Source of the DNA: a bacterium
GTDB taxonomy: Bacteria; Zixibacteria; MSB-5A5; GN15; FEB-12
NCBI GenBank assembly: GCA_043811375.1
Contig: JBDRNJ010000068.1
Coordinates: forward strand, 18,936 to 82,935
Direction: 5' to 3'
Length of the DNA: 64,000 nucleotides
Below, one piece after another: positions 1 through 10,383 of this stretch (positions are counted from its first letter, which is position 1; each line of letters begins with the position of its first letter). A program made the position numbers and the translations under genes. The notes under the pieces are model-generated. The model was not told the origin of the DNA, did no database searches, and saw only the letters and a list, made by a program, of their open reading frames with translations.

Positions 1-2
1 TC

Positions 3-539
3 TCCGGCCGCAAAGCCGGGTACATAGACTACGGTCCCGGTCTGATCGGTAGCATGAATCTTCTTCCACAGCCGAACCGCCGGTCCGCTGTCACCGGTGA
101 CGGAGTCAACACAGACGGAATCAATAGCTGCCACTGCCGGAGTTGCCCCCCCATCCACCGACACAAACAGCGTGGCCAGCAATCCGTCAGTGGTCAATAC
201 GGGAACCGGGTTGATGTATTGGGACAGATACGTGATGGTGACTTCCTGCGAGCTGTTGTCTATGGCGGCCAGGCCGTCAAAATCCAGAGGCAGGATCGAA
301 CCTGCAAACGAAACCGAATCGACCGTTAAGTCCGCCCCGCGAATACGCAGCGGTACCTCCAGAGCTGAAATGGCTGCATCATTGCCGCTGAGCCGCACAC
401 CCACGGCAACCTGCTGACCCGCCTCGGCAGCAACCGAGTCAACTGTGATAACACCCGAGTATGTCTGCCCCCAGGCGCCGGATGCCGTCAAAACAACAAC
501 CAGCGTCAGGACGAAGACCAATCGTGAGCTATGTATCAT
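3..539 (-). CDS. Secreted cohesin-domain protein, 5' part only (runs off the window edge; not in the ORF track)
   Basis: Manual translation from ATG at 539 (SD AAGGAGG upstream): MIHSSRLVFVLTLVVVLTASGAWG|QTYSGVITVDSVAAEAGQQVAVGVRLSGNDAAISALEVPLRI...DSVSFAGSI...LLATLFVSV. This is a signal peptide followed by a cohesin-like beta-sandwich pattern, open to position 3. Confidence 0.75.
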   Translation of the reverse strand, partial: MIHSSRLVFVLTLVVVLTASGAWGQTYSGVITVDSVAAEAGQQVAVGVRLSGNDAAISALEVPLRIRGADLTVDSVSFAGSILPLDFDGLAAIDNSSQEVTITYLSQYINPVPVLTTDGLLATLFVSVDGGATPAVAAIDSVCVDSVTGDSGPAVRLWKKIHATDQTGTVVYVPGFAAG

Positions 540-623
540 AAAAACCCTCCTTATCATGGCCGACTGTCTGCTTCTGCCACTGGGGCAGGTACCGACAGCA
601 CAGCCCATTTCCGAAAACCTGTA

Positions 624-640
624 TTGCAACCGGTATGCCG
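624..640 (-). promoter_or_regulatory. Putative sigma54 (-24/-12) promoter of the cohesin gene
   Basis: Minus strand reads CGGCATACCGGTTGCAA, with exact GG-N10-GC spacing, about 85 bp upstream of the ATG at 539. An AT-rich tract lies further upstream (~690-720). Confidence 0.55.
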
Positions 641-987
641 CAGCTGAAAAAGCGGATTTACCTCACCTGCATTATTGCCGACTCCACGTTTTTGTTGTTA
701 ACATATATATTGATAAGCATTTACGAATACCGATCTCTGTCTACACCAGAATCTTCCGAAGCCCGGAGTTCGATCAGGCTGACGGTATGTGTGCAACCGG
801 TTGCCGATATCGGCAGTCACCTGCAGATTGACCTGTGGTGGTCGGCCAATGGGAGTTCCTGCAACGACACGATCGGCAGCCACAAGGGGTAATTGTTGTC
901 CCGGTGATCGCCGATAATTGAGATACGAATCAGTCGGCTCCAGGACACAACGTCCGGGGTCATGTCGAGTTTAGTAGGGAGTAAATT

Positions 988-1482
988 ATGACCAACGAAA
1001 TCAAGCGGAACAACTGGTCGCGATTTTGCAAGAAATTCAACGCCAGCAACCAGATGCGCCCGACGACCGTAAAGTTGCAGTCGGCGAATCAGGAAGAGAC
1101 TAATTCTTGTTCAACCGCACCTTTCATGGGCCTGGAGATTGTCAAGAAAGGACGGTTAATCGACGGAGTAAGTATGTTCGTCGGACAGGAAGATCCTGAG
1201 CAGTTTAACCGGCCCATCGCCGCGGTTAAGCGACCGGTCAGGATGATGCTTCAAAAGGACAGTCAGGGGATCGACACTCATCTCTCGGTCGAGGGCGAAG
1301 ACGGCACCGTAGTACGGGTGGAACTGTCCGGTGAAAAAGCTCCCGACCAGCCACAACAGATGATCGCGAAGCTCGCCTATGCTCTTTATGAACAACGCGA
1401 CTTTACGTCGGGCAACGATCTGGATGACTGGCTGAAGGCCGAGATGCAGATTAGACAGATCGAACAACAACTGACGCAGTAG
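988..1482 (+). CDS. DUF5335-like N-terminal domain fused to a DUF2934 C-terminal domain
   Basis: SD AGGGAG. N-terminus EIKRNNWSRFCKKFNASNQ resembles DUF5335. C-terminus IAKLAYALYEQR..GNDLDDWLKAE is the DUF2934 signature. Confidence 0.7.
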   Translation: MTNEIKRNNWSRFCKKFNASNQMRPTTVKLQSANQEETNSCSTAPFMGLEIVKKGRLIDGVSMFVGQEDPEQFNRPIAAVKRPVRMMLQKDSQGIDTHLSVEGEDGTVVRVELSGEKAPDQPQQMIAKLAYALYEQRDFTSGNDLDDWLKAEMQIRQIEQQLTQ

Positions 1483-1824
1483 ACCGACCTGCGGCAGTGC
1501 AACTGTTCGGTCACAACGCAGAGTTTGCGTTTCCCCGGCAACGGTAGTAAGGAACATAAAAGGGAGTCTCCGGCCATCCAGTGGCCGGAGACTGTGGGTG
1601 ATAGGTTGGGAACGTTAGTCTCTGCTGAGAAGCTGTTTATCAAACTCTCTATGTTTATTATACGCAGCAGCCGTATAAAGTTTCAGGAGCCCGGTTGTTT
1701 TCCCTTTGTTTTTTTGATATCGATCTCAATTGTTGCCAACAAAGCTCTTTCTCCCTATAAATAGACCCTGATATCTGTCCCGGCCGTTTGGCCTGACATA
1801 ATGACCTTGACTGGAGATATCCGG

Positions 1825-3222
1825 ATGGACTACAAAACCCGAACTAAGATCCGCTCGATTATTCTGGATGAAAAGATACCGGTCGATACACCCGTTACCG
1901 TGCTGGGACTGGTGCGCACGATCAGGATCGGTAAGGATGTGGCTTTTGTTGAGGTCAATGACGGTTCCTGCCTGGAAAACATCCAGGCAGTGATCGGGTC
2001 GCCGTCAGAGTTTCCGGTATTGCAGCAGATTCTAACCGGCGCCGCTGTGAGCATCCACGGCCGATTGATACTTTCGCAGGGAAAGGGTCAGAAGTATGAG
2101 GTCGCGGTCACATCCCTGGAACTGGCCGGGGTTGCCGACACCGACTACCCGCTGCAGAAAAAACGCCACAGTTTTGAATTTCTCCGAGAGATCGCCCACC
2201 TGCGTCCACGCACCAACACTTTCGGAGCCGTCGCTCGTATACGTTCCCGGATCGCCTATGCCATTCACCAGTACTTTCAGCAACGCGGCTTTTTCTATAT
2301 CCATTCACCGGTCATCTCGGCCTCCGATGCCGAAGGGGCCGGCGACCTGTTTCATGTCTCGACCCTGGATTTCAAGAACGTGCCTCTCAAGGATGGCGAG
2401 ATCGACTGGGACAGTGACTTCTTCGGAGCGGAAGCCTTCCTGGCCGTCTCGGGACAATTGGAAGCCGAACTGATGGCGGCGGCACTGGGCGATGTCTACA
2501 CGTTTGCACCGACCTTTCGGGCCGAAAACTCCAACACCAGTCGTCATGCTTCGGAGTTCTGGATGATCGAGCCGGAGATGGCCTGGGCCCAACAGGACGA
2601 CAACATGGACCTGGCCGAGGATTTCCTCAAGTCCCTCTTCCGCTGCGCGCTGGAAGAATGCAGCGAGGACATGGACTTCTTCGGCAAATGGATCGACAAA
2701 GAGGTCCGCCGGACCCTGGAGGGAGTTGTTGCGGCTCAGTTCGAACGAGTCAGTTATACCGAAGCCGTCAAGATTCTGCAGGCGACCAAACAGAAGTTCG
2801 AATACCCGGTTGAGTGGGGACTTGAACTTCAGACCGAACATGAGCGCTACCTGACGGAGAAAACTTTCAGCAAGCCGGTCATCGTCTATGACTACCCGGA
2901 ACAAATCAAGGCCTTCTACATGCGTCTCAACGACGACGGCAAAACCGTTCGGGCTATGGATGTGCTGGTGCCCCGGGTAGGGGAAATAATAGGTGGCAGC
3001 CAGCGTGAAGAACGGCACGATGTCCTTAAGCAGCGGATGAAGAGCAAGGGTTTTAACAATCTGGAAGTGTACGACTGGTACCTGGACATCCGCAAATGGG
3101 GCACCATGCCGCATTCGGGATTCGGGTTGGGGTTTGACCGGGTGCTTATGTACATCACCGGTATGACCAACATCCGTGACGTGCAAGCCTTCCCCCGGGT
3201 GCCGCGATGGGCGAAGTTCTGA
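1825..3222 (+). CDS. asnS: Asparagine--tRNA ligase
   Basis: OB-fold anticodon domain, [50 protein letters not shown]. Start chosen at ATG 1825 after GGAG. Confidence 0.97.
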   Translation: MDYKTRTKIRSIILDEKIPVDTPVTVLGLVRTIRIGKDVAFVEVNDGSCLENIQAVIGSPSEFPVLQQILTGAAVSIHGRLILSQGKGQKYEVAVTSLELAGVADTDYPLQKKRHSFEFLREIAHLRPRTNTFGAVARIRSRIAYAIHQYFQQRGFFYIHSPVISASDAEGAGDLFHVSTLDFKNVPLKDGEIDWDSDFFGAEAFLAVSGQLEAELMAAALGDVYTFAPTFRAENSNTSRHASEFWMIEPEMAWAQQDDNMDLAEDFLKSLFRCALEECSEDMDFFGKWIDKEVRRTLEGVVAAQFERVSYTEAVKILQATKQKFEYPVEWGLELQTEHERYLTEKTFSKPVIVYDYPEQIKAFYMRLNDDGKTVRAMDVLVPRVGEIIGGSQREERHDVLKQRMKSKGFNNLEVYDWYLDIRKWGTMPHSGFGLGFDRVLMYITGMTNIRDVQAFPRVPRWAKF

Positions 3223-3278
3223 CCGGCAGCGAGGTACGTAGTCTCTAAGATGAAACATCTTTCAGGAGGAAACGCAAC

Positions 3279-4202
3279 ATGCTGACCGGAATACACTTCC
3301 TGCTGACCTACGCCTGCACTTTTGAGTGCGACCACTGCTTTCTATACAGCAGCCCGCGGGCACAGGGGACTTTCACGCTGGATCAAATGCGGCGCACGTT
3401 CGATGAAATCGACCGTATCGGCACCATCAAGACGGTTTACTTCGAAGGTGGCGAACCGTTTCTATATTATCCCCTGATGGTCGAAGGTTTCAGAATCGCT
3501 CGTCAACGGGGCGTCAAGGCATCCGCCGTCAGCAACGCCTACTGGGCAACATCGGTCGAGGACGCCGGACTCTGGCTGAAACCGCTGTGCGAACAGGGTA
3601 TCGCCGGTATCAGCCTGAGCGATGACCTGTTCCACCATGATTCCGAAGAGGAAAGCCCCGCCAAAAAGGCGTACGTTGCCGCCACTGAACTGGGCATAGA
3701 CGCCGGTACCATCTGTATCGAGGAACCAAAGGTTGTGAAACCGGGCGAAGGGCAGGAGAAGGGTGCGCCGGTCATCGGCGGCGGCGCCATGTTCAAGGGG
3801 CGAGCGGTGGAAAAACTGATCACCGGATTGCCAGGGCGACCCTGGCAGGAATTAACCAGTTGCCCTCACGAAGAACTTCAGGATCCGGAACGAGTTCACC
3901 TTGACGCCTATGGCCACGTGCATATCTGCCAGGGAGTCAGCATGGGCAACATGTGGGAGACGCCGCTGTCGGAGTTGGTCAAACGATATGATGCTGACAA
4001 GCACCCCGTCTGCGGCCCCCTGATCAAAGGCGGACCGGCACAACTGGCCAAGGAGTACGATGTTGAACATGAGGACAAGTACGTGGACGAGTGCCACATG
4101 TGTTACCTGGTGCGCCGGGCGTTGATTGACAGGTTTCCGCAGTATCTGGCACCAAAACAAGTGTATGGACTGGAAGACAACGAATCTTCTGACGACAGTT
4201 AA
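3279..4202 (+). CDS. Radical SAM protein, function unknown
   Basis: CxxxCxxC motif (YACTFECDHC), FEGGEPFL, extra C-terminal Cys/His cluster (ECHMCY), SD AGGAGG. Confidence 0.88.
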   Translation: MLTGIHFLLTYACTFECDHCFLYSSPRAQGTFTLDQMRRTFDEIDRIGTIKTVYFEGGEPFLYYPLMVEGFRIARQRGVKASAVSNAYWATSVEDAGLWLKPLCEQGIAGISLSDDLFHHDSEEESPAKKAYVAATELGIDAGTICIEEPKVVKPGEGQEKGAPVIGGGAMFKGRAVEKLITGLPGRPWQELTSCPHEELQDPERVHLDAYGHVHICQGVSMGNMWETPLSELVKRYDADKHPVCGPLIKGGPAQLAKEYDVEHEDKYVDECHMCYLVRRALIDRFPQYLAPKQVYGLEDNESSDDS

Positions 4203-4345
4203 ACGTTAGTAAATCATCCCAGACGCAACTTGCACATCTACTGTGGAGTTTGGCAGGGCACAACCCGAAGTGGTTGTGCCGATCGTAACGTACGTACGGC
4301 AGAACAACTAAAAGGTACTGCCCTCGACCACATAAGATCGCGTAT

Positions 4346-5545
4346 ATGACCGGCTATACCAAATCACTCCTCGCACTGGTGGTATCCCTGATCGCACTGC
4401 AATCAGTCGTGATCGGTGTGGCCGGACTGGATCGGCCGTACTGGGGAGATGAGTCCCACTTTGTGCCGACGGTGCGGGAGTTTGGTGATGAGATCAGTCT
4501 TGACCGGTTGAAGCACTACAACGAAATGTCCGGTCCGCTGCCGTTTGTCGTATACGCCCTCTGGGGTCGAGCCTTCGGTTTTGAAATCCACGTCCTGCGT
4601 ATCCTTTCGGTCATCATAGCCCTGTTGACCGGCCTGGTCTTTCACCGCCTGCTGTACACCGTGACGGGAAAACCGATGGTTTCGGTTCTGGGGGCGGTGT
4701 TCCTGGCAGGGCATCCGTATATGGTCGGGTTCAGCATTTTTGTATTCACCGACATGCTGCCGATCCTGCTGCTGATACTGGCCTGCCTGGCGCTGGTGAA
4801 ACACAGTGCGGGTGCATTCGCTCTGGCGGCAGCCGGTGCGCTCCTGTGCCGTCAGTACTATATCTTTTTGCCGTTGGCGGCGGCGGCGTATGCATTGATG
4901 GGAGTCATACGCGGCCATGAAAGCACTGGCGGCCAATCAGCAGCACAATTCGCGAAGCGGCTGTTGGTCGCCGGTCTTTTTTCGGTGGTACCGCTGGGGT
5001 TGTTGTTTCTATTGTGGCAGGGAGTCAGTCCGGACAATGAACTGAGAGCGCACTATCTTGAGCAGGGGCTTACTTTCCACCTGAATTACCTGGTGATGTA
5101 TGTCTGCCTGCTGTCGATCTACCTGCTGCCGGTTGTGGTTGCCAGGTGGCGCTGGTTCTATCGTGATCGACGCACAAACGTGGCGGCCCTGATCGTCTCA
5201 TGGCTTTACTGGTTGTTTCCGGTGACGGCGTCACCGCACGCGCTGGCTATCGATGTTGACACGGTCGGTCTCTTCCACCGCTTTCTCCGCTGGATCGGAG
5301 GAAGCACCTTCGAGCAAATCGTTTTCTACTTTGGCTTCCTGCTGGGTTTGCCGATTTTGATCTGGCTCATCCGTGACTGCTTGACACGCATCAGGCGACG
5401 TCAGTATGATCTACCGTTATTTCTTGATCTGGCGGTGCCGGCTTTCCTGGTGATTATGCCGTTTTCGTATTTGTGCTGGGAGAAGTACTTCCTGCCGATG
5501 GTGCCGTTGTTGATCGTGCGACTGCTTCACCGCGAGGCGGCATAG
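4346..5545 (+). CDS. GT-C fold / ArnT-PMT-like polytopic membrane glycosyltransferase
   Basis: N-terminal TM helix followed by WGDE..F acidic motif, about 10 hydrophobic segments, C-terminal EKYFLP. Confidence 0.7.
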   Translation: MTGYTKSLLALVVSLIALQSVVIGVAGLDRPYWGDESHFVPTVREFGDEISLDRLKHYNEMSGPLPFVVYALWGRAFGFEIHVLRILSVIIALLTGLVFHRLLYTVTGKPMVSVLGAVFLAGHPYMVGFSIFVFTDMLPILLLILACLALVKHSAGAFALAAAGALLCRQYYIFLPLAAAAYALMGVIRGHESTGGQSAAQFAKRLLVAGLFSVVPLGLLFLLWQGVSPDNELRAHYLEQGLTFHLNYLVMYVCLLSIYLLPVVVARWRWFYRDRRTNVAALIVSWLYWLFPVTASPHALAIDVDTVGLFHRFLRWIGGSTFEQIVFYFGFLLGLPILIWLIRDCLTRIRRRQYDLPLFLDLAVPAFLVIMPFSYLCWEKYFLPMVPLLIVRLLHREAA

Positions 5546-5621
5546 AATCGGAAGTGTTTCCGGTATAAATTCTTTTCCGTCGCTGCACTACGATTACATT
5601 CATTAAATAAGAGTAACGTTG

Positions 5622-6719
5622 TTACCTTTTGGAGAAGCGGAGGGTGGCGAAAGTGAAAATGACAACGGCATAGACCGTCTGGGCGGCGATGTCGCGCCAG
5701 AGATCGGCAAAGCCTGAGCCTTTCATCATAATGCCGCGAGCAATGCTCAGGAAGAAGCGCATCGGGTTGATGCAGGTAATATACTGCAACCAGTCGGGCA
5801 TGTTGGCGATGGGAGTAAAAAAACCTGAGGTGAGCATGGCGAAGATCGAAAAGAACCAGGCAAAGAACATCGCCTGTTGCTGGGACGTGGTTACGGTGGA
5901 GATAAACAGACCCACCCCCAGAGCCGCCAGCAGGTAGACGGCGGCCAGACCGGTCAGCAAAAACGGTGAACCGACAAACGGCACCGAGAACCAGAGCACG
6001 CCGACCGTCAAAACGACCATCATCTCGAACAGACCGAGAACGGCAAAGGGGGCGATCTTACCCAGCAGCAACGTCAGTTTGGAGATCGGTGTCACCAGCA
6101 GTTGCTCCAGGGTGCCGGCTTCACGCTCGCGAATAAGGGCCATAGAGGTCAGCATCACCGAAAGCATCAGCAGCAGGCTGGCGACAATACCGGGCACCAT
6201 GAAGTACACCGACTCGGCTTCGGGATTGTACAGCACCTGGCGTCTGATATCAATCGGCGGTCGCAAGCCGGTTTTATCCTGCGAAAACTTGCGGGCCATT
6301 TGTGCTGCGTAACCCAGCCCGATCGTGGCGGAATTGGCATTGGAGCCGTCGGCTATTAAACCGACGGTGACTTGCTTTCGCTGCCGGATGCTTTCGGAGA
6401 AGTCCGGCGGGATAAGCAGAGCCATCTCGGCCCGGCCGGTAGTGAAACGACTGTCCAGGTCGTTCACGTCTGTTGCCGGCTCGTCAGCGATGAAGTAGTC
6501 ACCCGCCTGCATGGCGCCGACAAACTCGCGGGACATCCGACCGCGGTCAAAATCGTAGACGTCAAGAGCAATCTGCCGGACTTCGGTATTGGCCACGTAG
6601 CCGAAGATGATCAACTGCATCAGCGGCATGGCGAAGATGAGTTTCAGCATGTTGGCATCGCGAAAGACGTGCCGGAACTCTTTGACGACCAGACCGATAA
6701 AGGGACGCCACATAATCAT
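5622..6719 (-). CDS. ABC-2 type transporter permease (YbhR-like)
   Basis: KEFRHVFRD, YNPE, REREAGTLEQLLVTP, multiple TM helices. Confidence 0.92.
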   Translation of the reverse strand: MIMWRPFIGLVVKEFRHVFRDANMLKLIFAMPLMQLIIFGYVANTEVRQIALDVYDFDRGRMSREFVGAMQAGDYFIADEPATDVNDLDSRFTTGRAEMALLIPPDFSESIRQRKQVTVGLIADGSNANSATIGLGYAAQMARKFSQDKTGLRPPIDIRRQVLYNPEAESVYFMVPGIVASLLLMLSVMLTSMALIREREAGTLEQLLVTPISKLTLLLGKIAPFAVLGLFEMMVVLTVGVLWFSVPFVGSPFLLTGLAAVYLLAALGVGLFISTVTTSQQQAMFFAWFFSIFAMLTSGFFTPIANMPDWLQYITCINPMRFFLSIARGIMMKGSGFADLWRDIAAQTVYAVVIFTFATLRFSKR

Positions 6720-7822
6720 ACCGCCCCGGCTCGGAAACGTCGCGCGGCGACCGACACCATGAGAACCATCAACAGCAGCAGAAACATACCCTGCCCGGCC
6801 AGCACTTCCAGACCGGCTCCTTTGAGCATAATGCCGCGTATGATCGTGACAAAGTACCTGGCCGGCACGATGCTGCTGAGCAGTTGCAACGCCGTGGGCA
6901 TGTTCTTGATGGCGAAAATAAACCCGGACAGCATCACCGAGGGCAGCATGGTTGTCATAACGGCAAGCATGGCCGCTACCTGCTGGGTTTTGACCAGCGA
7001 TGATATCAGTATGCCGATGGAAAGTGAGGTGGCGATGTATATAAGGCCAAATCCCAGCAGCAGCAGATGTGAACCGACAAACGGCACGCCGAAAATGATC
7101 CTGGCAAACGTGAGGACCAGGATGCCGTCAGCCAGCGCCACCACCACATACGGGAGGATTTTGCCCAGCAGGACTTCAATCGGTTTCACCGGTGCCGTCA
7201 GCAACTGTTCCATGGTGCCGGTTTCTTTTTCGCGGGCCAGAGTGACGGAGGTAAGCAGCGCCGCGATCATCATCAGGATTATCGCCACCAGCGCCGGCAC
7301 GAAGAAATGAGAGGATTTCAAGTCGGGATTATATAAGACCTGGGGTGCAATTACCACACCCGGCAGGCGTACCCCGGGATCTAGACGGTCGGTTAGAAAA
7401 CGCTGCAACATTCGTTCGCAATAGCTCTGAACGGCGGCGCTCATGTTGTTGTCGGAACCATCGACAATCAGGCCCAGGGAGAACCGCTTACCCTGGGTGA
7501 GCGCCCGGTCAAAACCGGGTTTAATGACCAGCACGGCGTGAGCCTGCCCGGCGCGGAGAATTCGTTGTGGGTCACGAGGGTCGATCTCGGTTTCGGAAGG
7601 GACAAAGCTGGTTGAACTGTAGAAGCAGCGGATCAGATCAGCCGATGCTCCTGTCCGGTCATGGTCGACCACGGACAGGACGACCTCTTCTATATCCATG
7701 TTGACGGCATAACCATACAGGAAGGTCATCATCACCGGCATCAACAGCACAATGGTGAGCGAGCGAGGGTCACGCAGAATATGATAAAACTCCTTGCGGG
7801 CGATAAACCTAAGCCGGTGCAT
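6716..7822 (-). CDS. ABC-2 type transporter permease (YbhS-like)
   Basis: KEFYHILRD, YNPDLKS, REKETGTMEQLLTAP. Start set at MHRLRF (7822). Confidence 0.92.
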   Translation of the reverse strand: MHRLRFIARKEFYHILRDPRSLTIVLLMPVMMTFLYGYAVNMDIEEVVLSVVDHDRTGASADLIRCFYSSTSFVPSETEIDPRDPQRILRAGQAHAVLVIKPGFDRALTQGKRFSLGLIVDGSDNNMSAAVQSYCERMLQRFLTDRLDPGVRLPGVVIAPQVLYNPDLKSSHFFVPALVAIILMMIAALLTSVTLAREKETGTMEQLLTAPVKPIEVLLGKILPYVVVALADGILVLTFARIIFGVPFVGSHLLLLGFGLIYIATSLSIGILISSLVKTQQVAAMLAVMTTMLPSVMLSGFIFAIKNMPTALQLLSSIVPARYFVTIIRGIMLKGAGLEVLAGQGMFLLLLMVLMVSVAARRFRAGAV

Positions 7823-8558
7823 GGGCGTTCTCCTGCGAGCGTACCAGCGTGATAAAAGCCTCTTCGAGATTGGAGCAGTCCAGCCGGTGCACAATGTCGG
7901 ACGGTCGTCCCACTTCGATCAGGTGACCCTGGTGCATGATGGAGATACGGCCGCAGTACTGGGCCTCATCCATGTAGTGGGTGGTCACGAAGACAGTAAC
8001 GCCGTCCTCGGCCAGATCATACAGAATCTCCCAGAACCGACGACGGAACACCGGATCGACACCGGCGGTCGGTTCGTCCAGGAACAGAATCTCCGGTTCG
8101 TGCAGCAGGGCCACGCCCAGGGCCAGGCGCTGCCGCCAGCCAACCGGCAGGGAGCCGGTGCGACGATTGATAAAGTCATGCAGCGACAAGCGGTCGGAGA
8201 GGTCTGCCAGTCGCTGTCTAACTCGACTCCGAGACAGTCCGTAGGCTGCGCCGTAGAAGCGCAGATTCTCGTTCCCGGTAAGGTCCGAGTACAGGGAAAA
8301 TTTCTGTGACATGTAACCGATACGTCGCTTGATCGCTTCCGGCTGGGTGGTAATGTCCAGACCGGCCACCGTGCCGCCCCCGGAGGTGGGCATCAGCAGG
8401 CCGCAGAGCATGCGGATGGTGGTTGTTTTGCCGGCTCCGTTGGCGCCCAGGAAACCGAAGGTCTCGCCGCGGTCTACAGTGAGTGAAATGTCGTCCACCG
8501 CCTTGAAACGGCCAAAGTGTCGAGACAGCTTGTCAATCACGACCGCCGGGTGGCTCAT
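7809..8558 (-). CDS. ABC transporter ATP-binding protein
   Basis: Walker A GANGAGKTT, Walker B LFLDEPT, TTHYMDEA. Confidence 0.95.
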   Translation of the reverse strand: MSHPAVVIDKLSRHFGRFKAVDDISLTVDRGETFGFLGANGAGKTTTIRMLCGLLMPTSGGGTVAGLDITTQPEAIKRRIGYMSQKFSLYSDLTGNENLRFYGAAYGLSRSRVRQRLADLSDRLSLHDFINRRTGSLPVGWRQRLALGVALLHEPEILFLDEPTAGVDPVFRRRFWEILYDLAEDGVTVFVTTHYMDEAQYCGRISIMHQGHLIEVGRPSDIVHRLDCSNLEEAFITLVRSQENAHAPA

Positions 8559-9463
8559 GATCCGGCTCCCATCAACTGGATGAACGTATCCTCCAGATCG
8601 GCGACCACCGGGGTCAGATGGTCGGGATCGATATCAAGCTGCTTCAGTTTCTTTTGCAGGTCGAAAGTTGTTGTCCGGCTATCGGCGTAGATGTGCAGTC
8701 CGGCGCCAAAGCGCTCGGCGTGTAGTTCTCCCACACTATTGATGTGATCAACCAGACGCCGGTCGGGGGCGACATCGAGAAAATATACCCGGCCATCGAA
8801 CATAGCCGTCAGTTCGGCGGGTGTGCCTTCAGCCAGCTTGCGACCGTTGAACACAAAGCAGGCTCGATCAGCACGGGCCACCTCGTCCATGTACGGGGTC
8901 GAGACCATGATGGTTACTCCCTCTCGGCGCAGATTGTCCAGGATTTCCCAGAACTGTCGTCGTGAAAGCGGATCCACACCGGCGGTCGGTTCGTCCAACA
9001 GCAGCAGTTGCGGGTCATGCATCAGGGCACACGAGAGAGCCAGTTTCTGTTTCATGCCGCCGGATAATGCTCCCGCCCGTCGCCGGGCAAACGGCTCCAG
9101 GTTTGAAAACCGGTAGAGGTAATCGCGTTTGTGGCGGTATTCCCGGCCGGTAACGCCATAGATGCCGGCAAAGAAAACCAGGTTCTCCTCGACGCTGAGA
9201 TCCGGATACAGAGAGAACACCTGCGGCATATAGCCCAACAGAGGTTTGATCCGATCAAAGTCGCGGTCGACATCGTGGCCGTCTATCAGAACTCTTCCGG
9301 CATCGAACCCCAGCAGATGACACAAGGAGCGGATAATGGTCGTCTTGCCGGCGCCGTCCGGTCCCACCAGGGCGTAGACCTCGCCCCGCCGGACCTCACA
9401 TGAGAAACTATCGACGGCAGTGACCTTACCATACTTTTTGGAAAGTTCGGATATGACTACCAA
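8555..9463 (-). CDS. ABC transporter ATP-binding protein
   Basis: GPDGAGKTT, LSGGMKQKL, LLLDEPT. Confidence 0.95.
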   Translation of the reverse strand: MVVISELSKKYGKVTAVDSFSCEVRRGEVYALVGPDGAGKTTIIRSLCHLLGFDAGRVLIDGHDVDRDFDRIKPLLGYMPQVFSLYPDLSVEENLVFFAGIYGVTGREYRHKRDYLYRFSNLEPFARRRAGALSGGMKQKLALSCALMHDPQLLLLDEPTAGVDPLSRRQFWEILDNLRREGVTIMVSTPYMDEVARADRACFVFNGRKLAEGTPAELTAMFDGRVYFLDVAPDRRLVDHINSVGELHAERFGAGLHIYADSRTTTFDLQKKLKQLDIDPDHLTPVVADLEDTFIQLMGAGS

Positions 9464-9468
9464 GACTA

Positions 9469-10380
9469 CTATTCCTCAAAAGTGACAAAGACCGGCATAC
9501 CGATTTTGAGACGTCCGTCGGTATTGGCCACCCGAACTTTGACGGCGTAGACGAGGTTAGTCCGTGACTTTTTCGTCTGGACGTTCTTGGGTGTGAACTC
9601 CGCCTCTGCCGATGTCCAGACCACTTCGCCCGGGTAGCGGCGGTCGCCGGATTCGATGTCTATCACGGCTTGATCGCCTATGGCGATATCGGCAAAGTCG
9701 CCTGCCGGCAGGTAGGCTTTCACCCACAGTGTGTCCAGGCGGGATATTTTTACGATGGGGCTGCCGGCGGCCAGCAGTTCCCCGGCCTCGATATACTTTT
9801 CGGTTACGATACCGTCGGCAGGAGAAACCGGATAGCAATCCTGTCGTTGCCTGAAGAGATTCTTGATGTCGGCATCGATACGGGCCAGTTCGGCCTCAAC
9901 GGCGGCGATGTTGGACGCCGCTGTCTGCCGTTGGAGTGTGGCTGCCGTCAGGGTGTGTTCGATCTGGTCGAGTTGTCTTTGCGTGGCGGTGCCGGAGTTG
10001 ACCAGGGTGGCAATGCGATCCCGTTCGGTTCCGGCATAGCGTTCCGATTCCTCGGCCTGATCAAGTTGCAGTCGCGCTGTGTGCAGCCCGGCCTCGGTTG
10101 CCTGTCGTCCGGCCTGTGCGGATTCCAGTTTCAGTTCCAGGCGGCTGGGATCGATAATCAACAGCGTGTCACCAGCCCGGACGGCGTCACCTTCGGCGTA
10201 GTGAAGCAACTGCACGCGTCCGGTTACCTCGGCCGACATGATAACTTCATCGGCTTCCAGCATCCCGGAACTGCCGCTCATATTGTTGCTGTCATCACAG
10301 CCGACCGAAACTGTCAACACTGCGGCGGCCAGACCGATTAGAAAAGGGATCCGTATACATCCGGCATTGTCTGAAATCAT
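9469..10380 (-). CDS. HlyD-family periplasmic adaptor (YbhG-like), probable lipoprotein
   Basis: Lipobox-like SVGC, lipoyl halves, coiled coil, AEFTPKNVQT motif. Confidence 0.92.
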   Translation of the reverse strand: MISDNAGCIRIPFLIGLAAAVLTVSVGCDDSNNMSGSSGMLEADEVIMSAEVTGRVQLLHYAEGDAVRAGDTLLIIDPSRLELKLESAQAGRQATEAGLHTARLQLDQAEESERYAGTERDRIATLVNSGTATQRQLDQIEHTLTAATLQRQTAASNIAAVEAELARIDADIKNLFRQRQDCYPVSPADGIVTEKYIEAGELLAAGSPIVKISRLDTLWVKAYLPAGDFADIAIGDQAVIDIESGDRRYPGEVVWTSAEAEFTPKNVQTKKSRTNLVYAVKVRVANTDGRLKIGMPVFVTFEE

Positions 10381-10383
10381 GTC

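Noticed and set aside
635-892. 85-aa ORF, and the opposite-strand 698-883 ORF
   Set aside because: No SD or recognisable motif, and they overlap the regulatory region between divergent genes.
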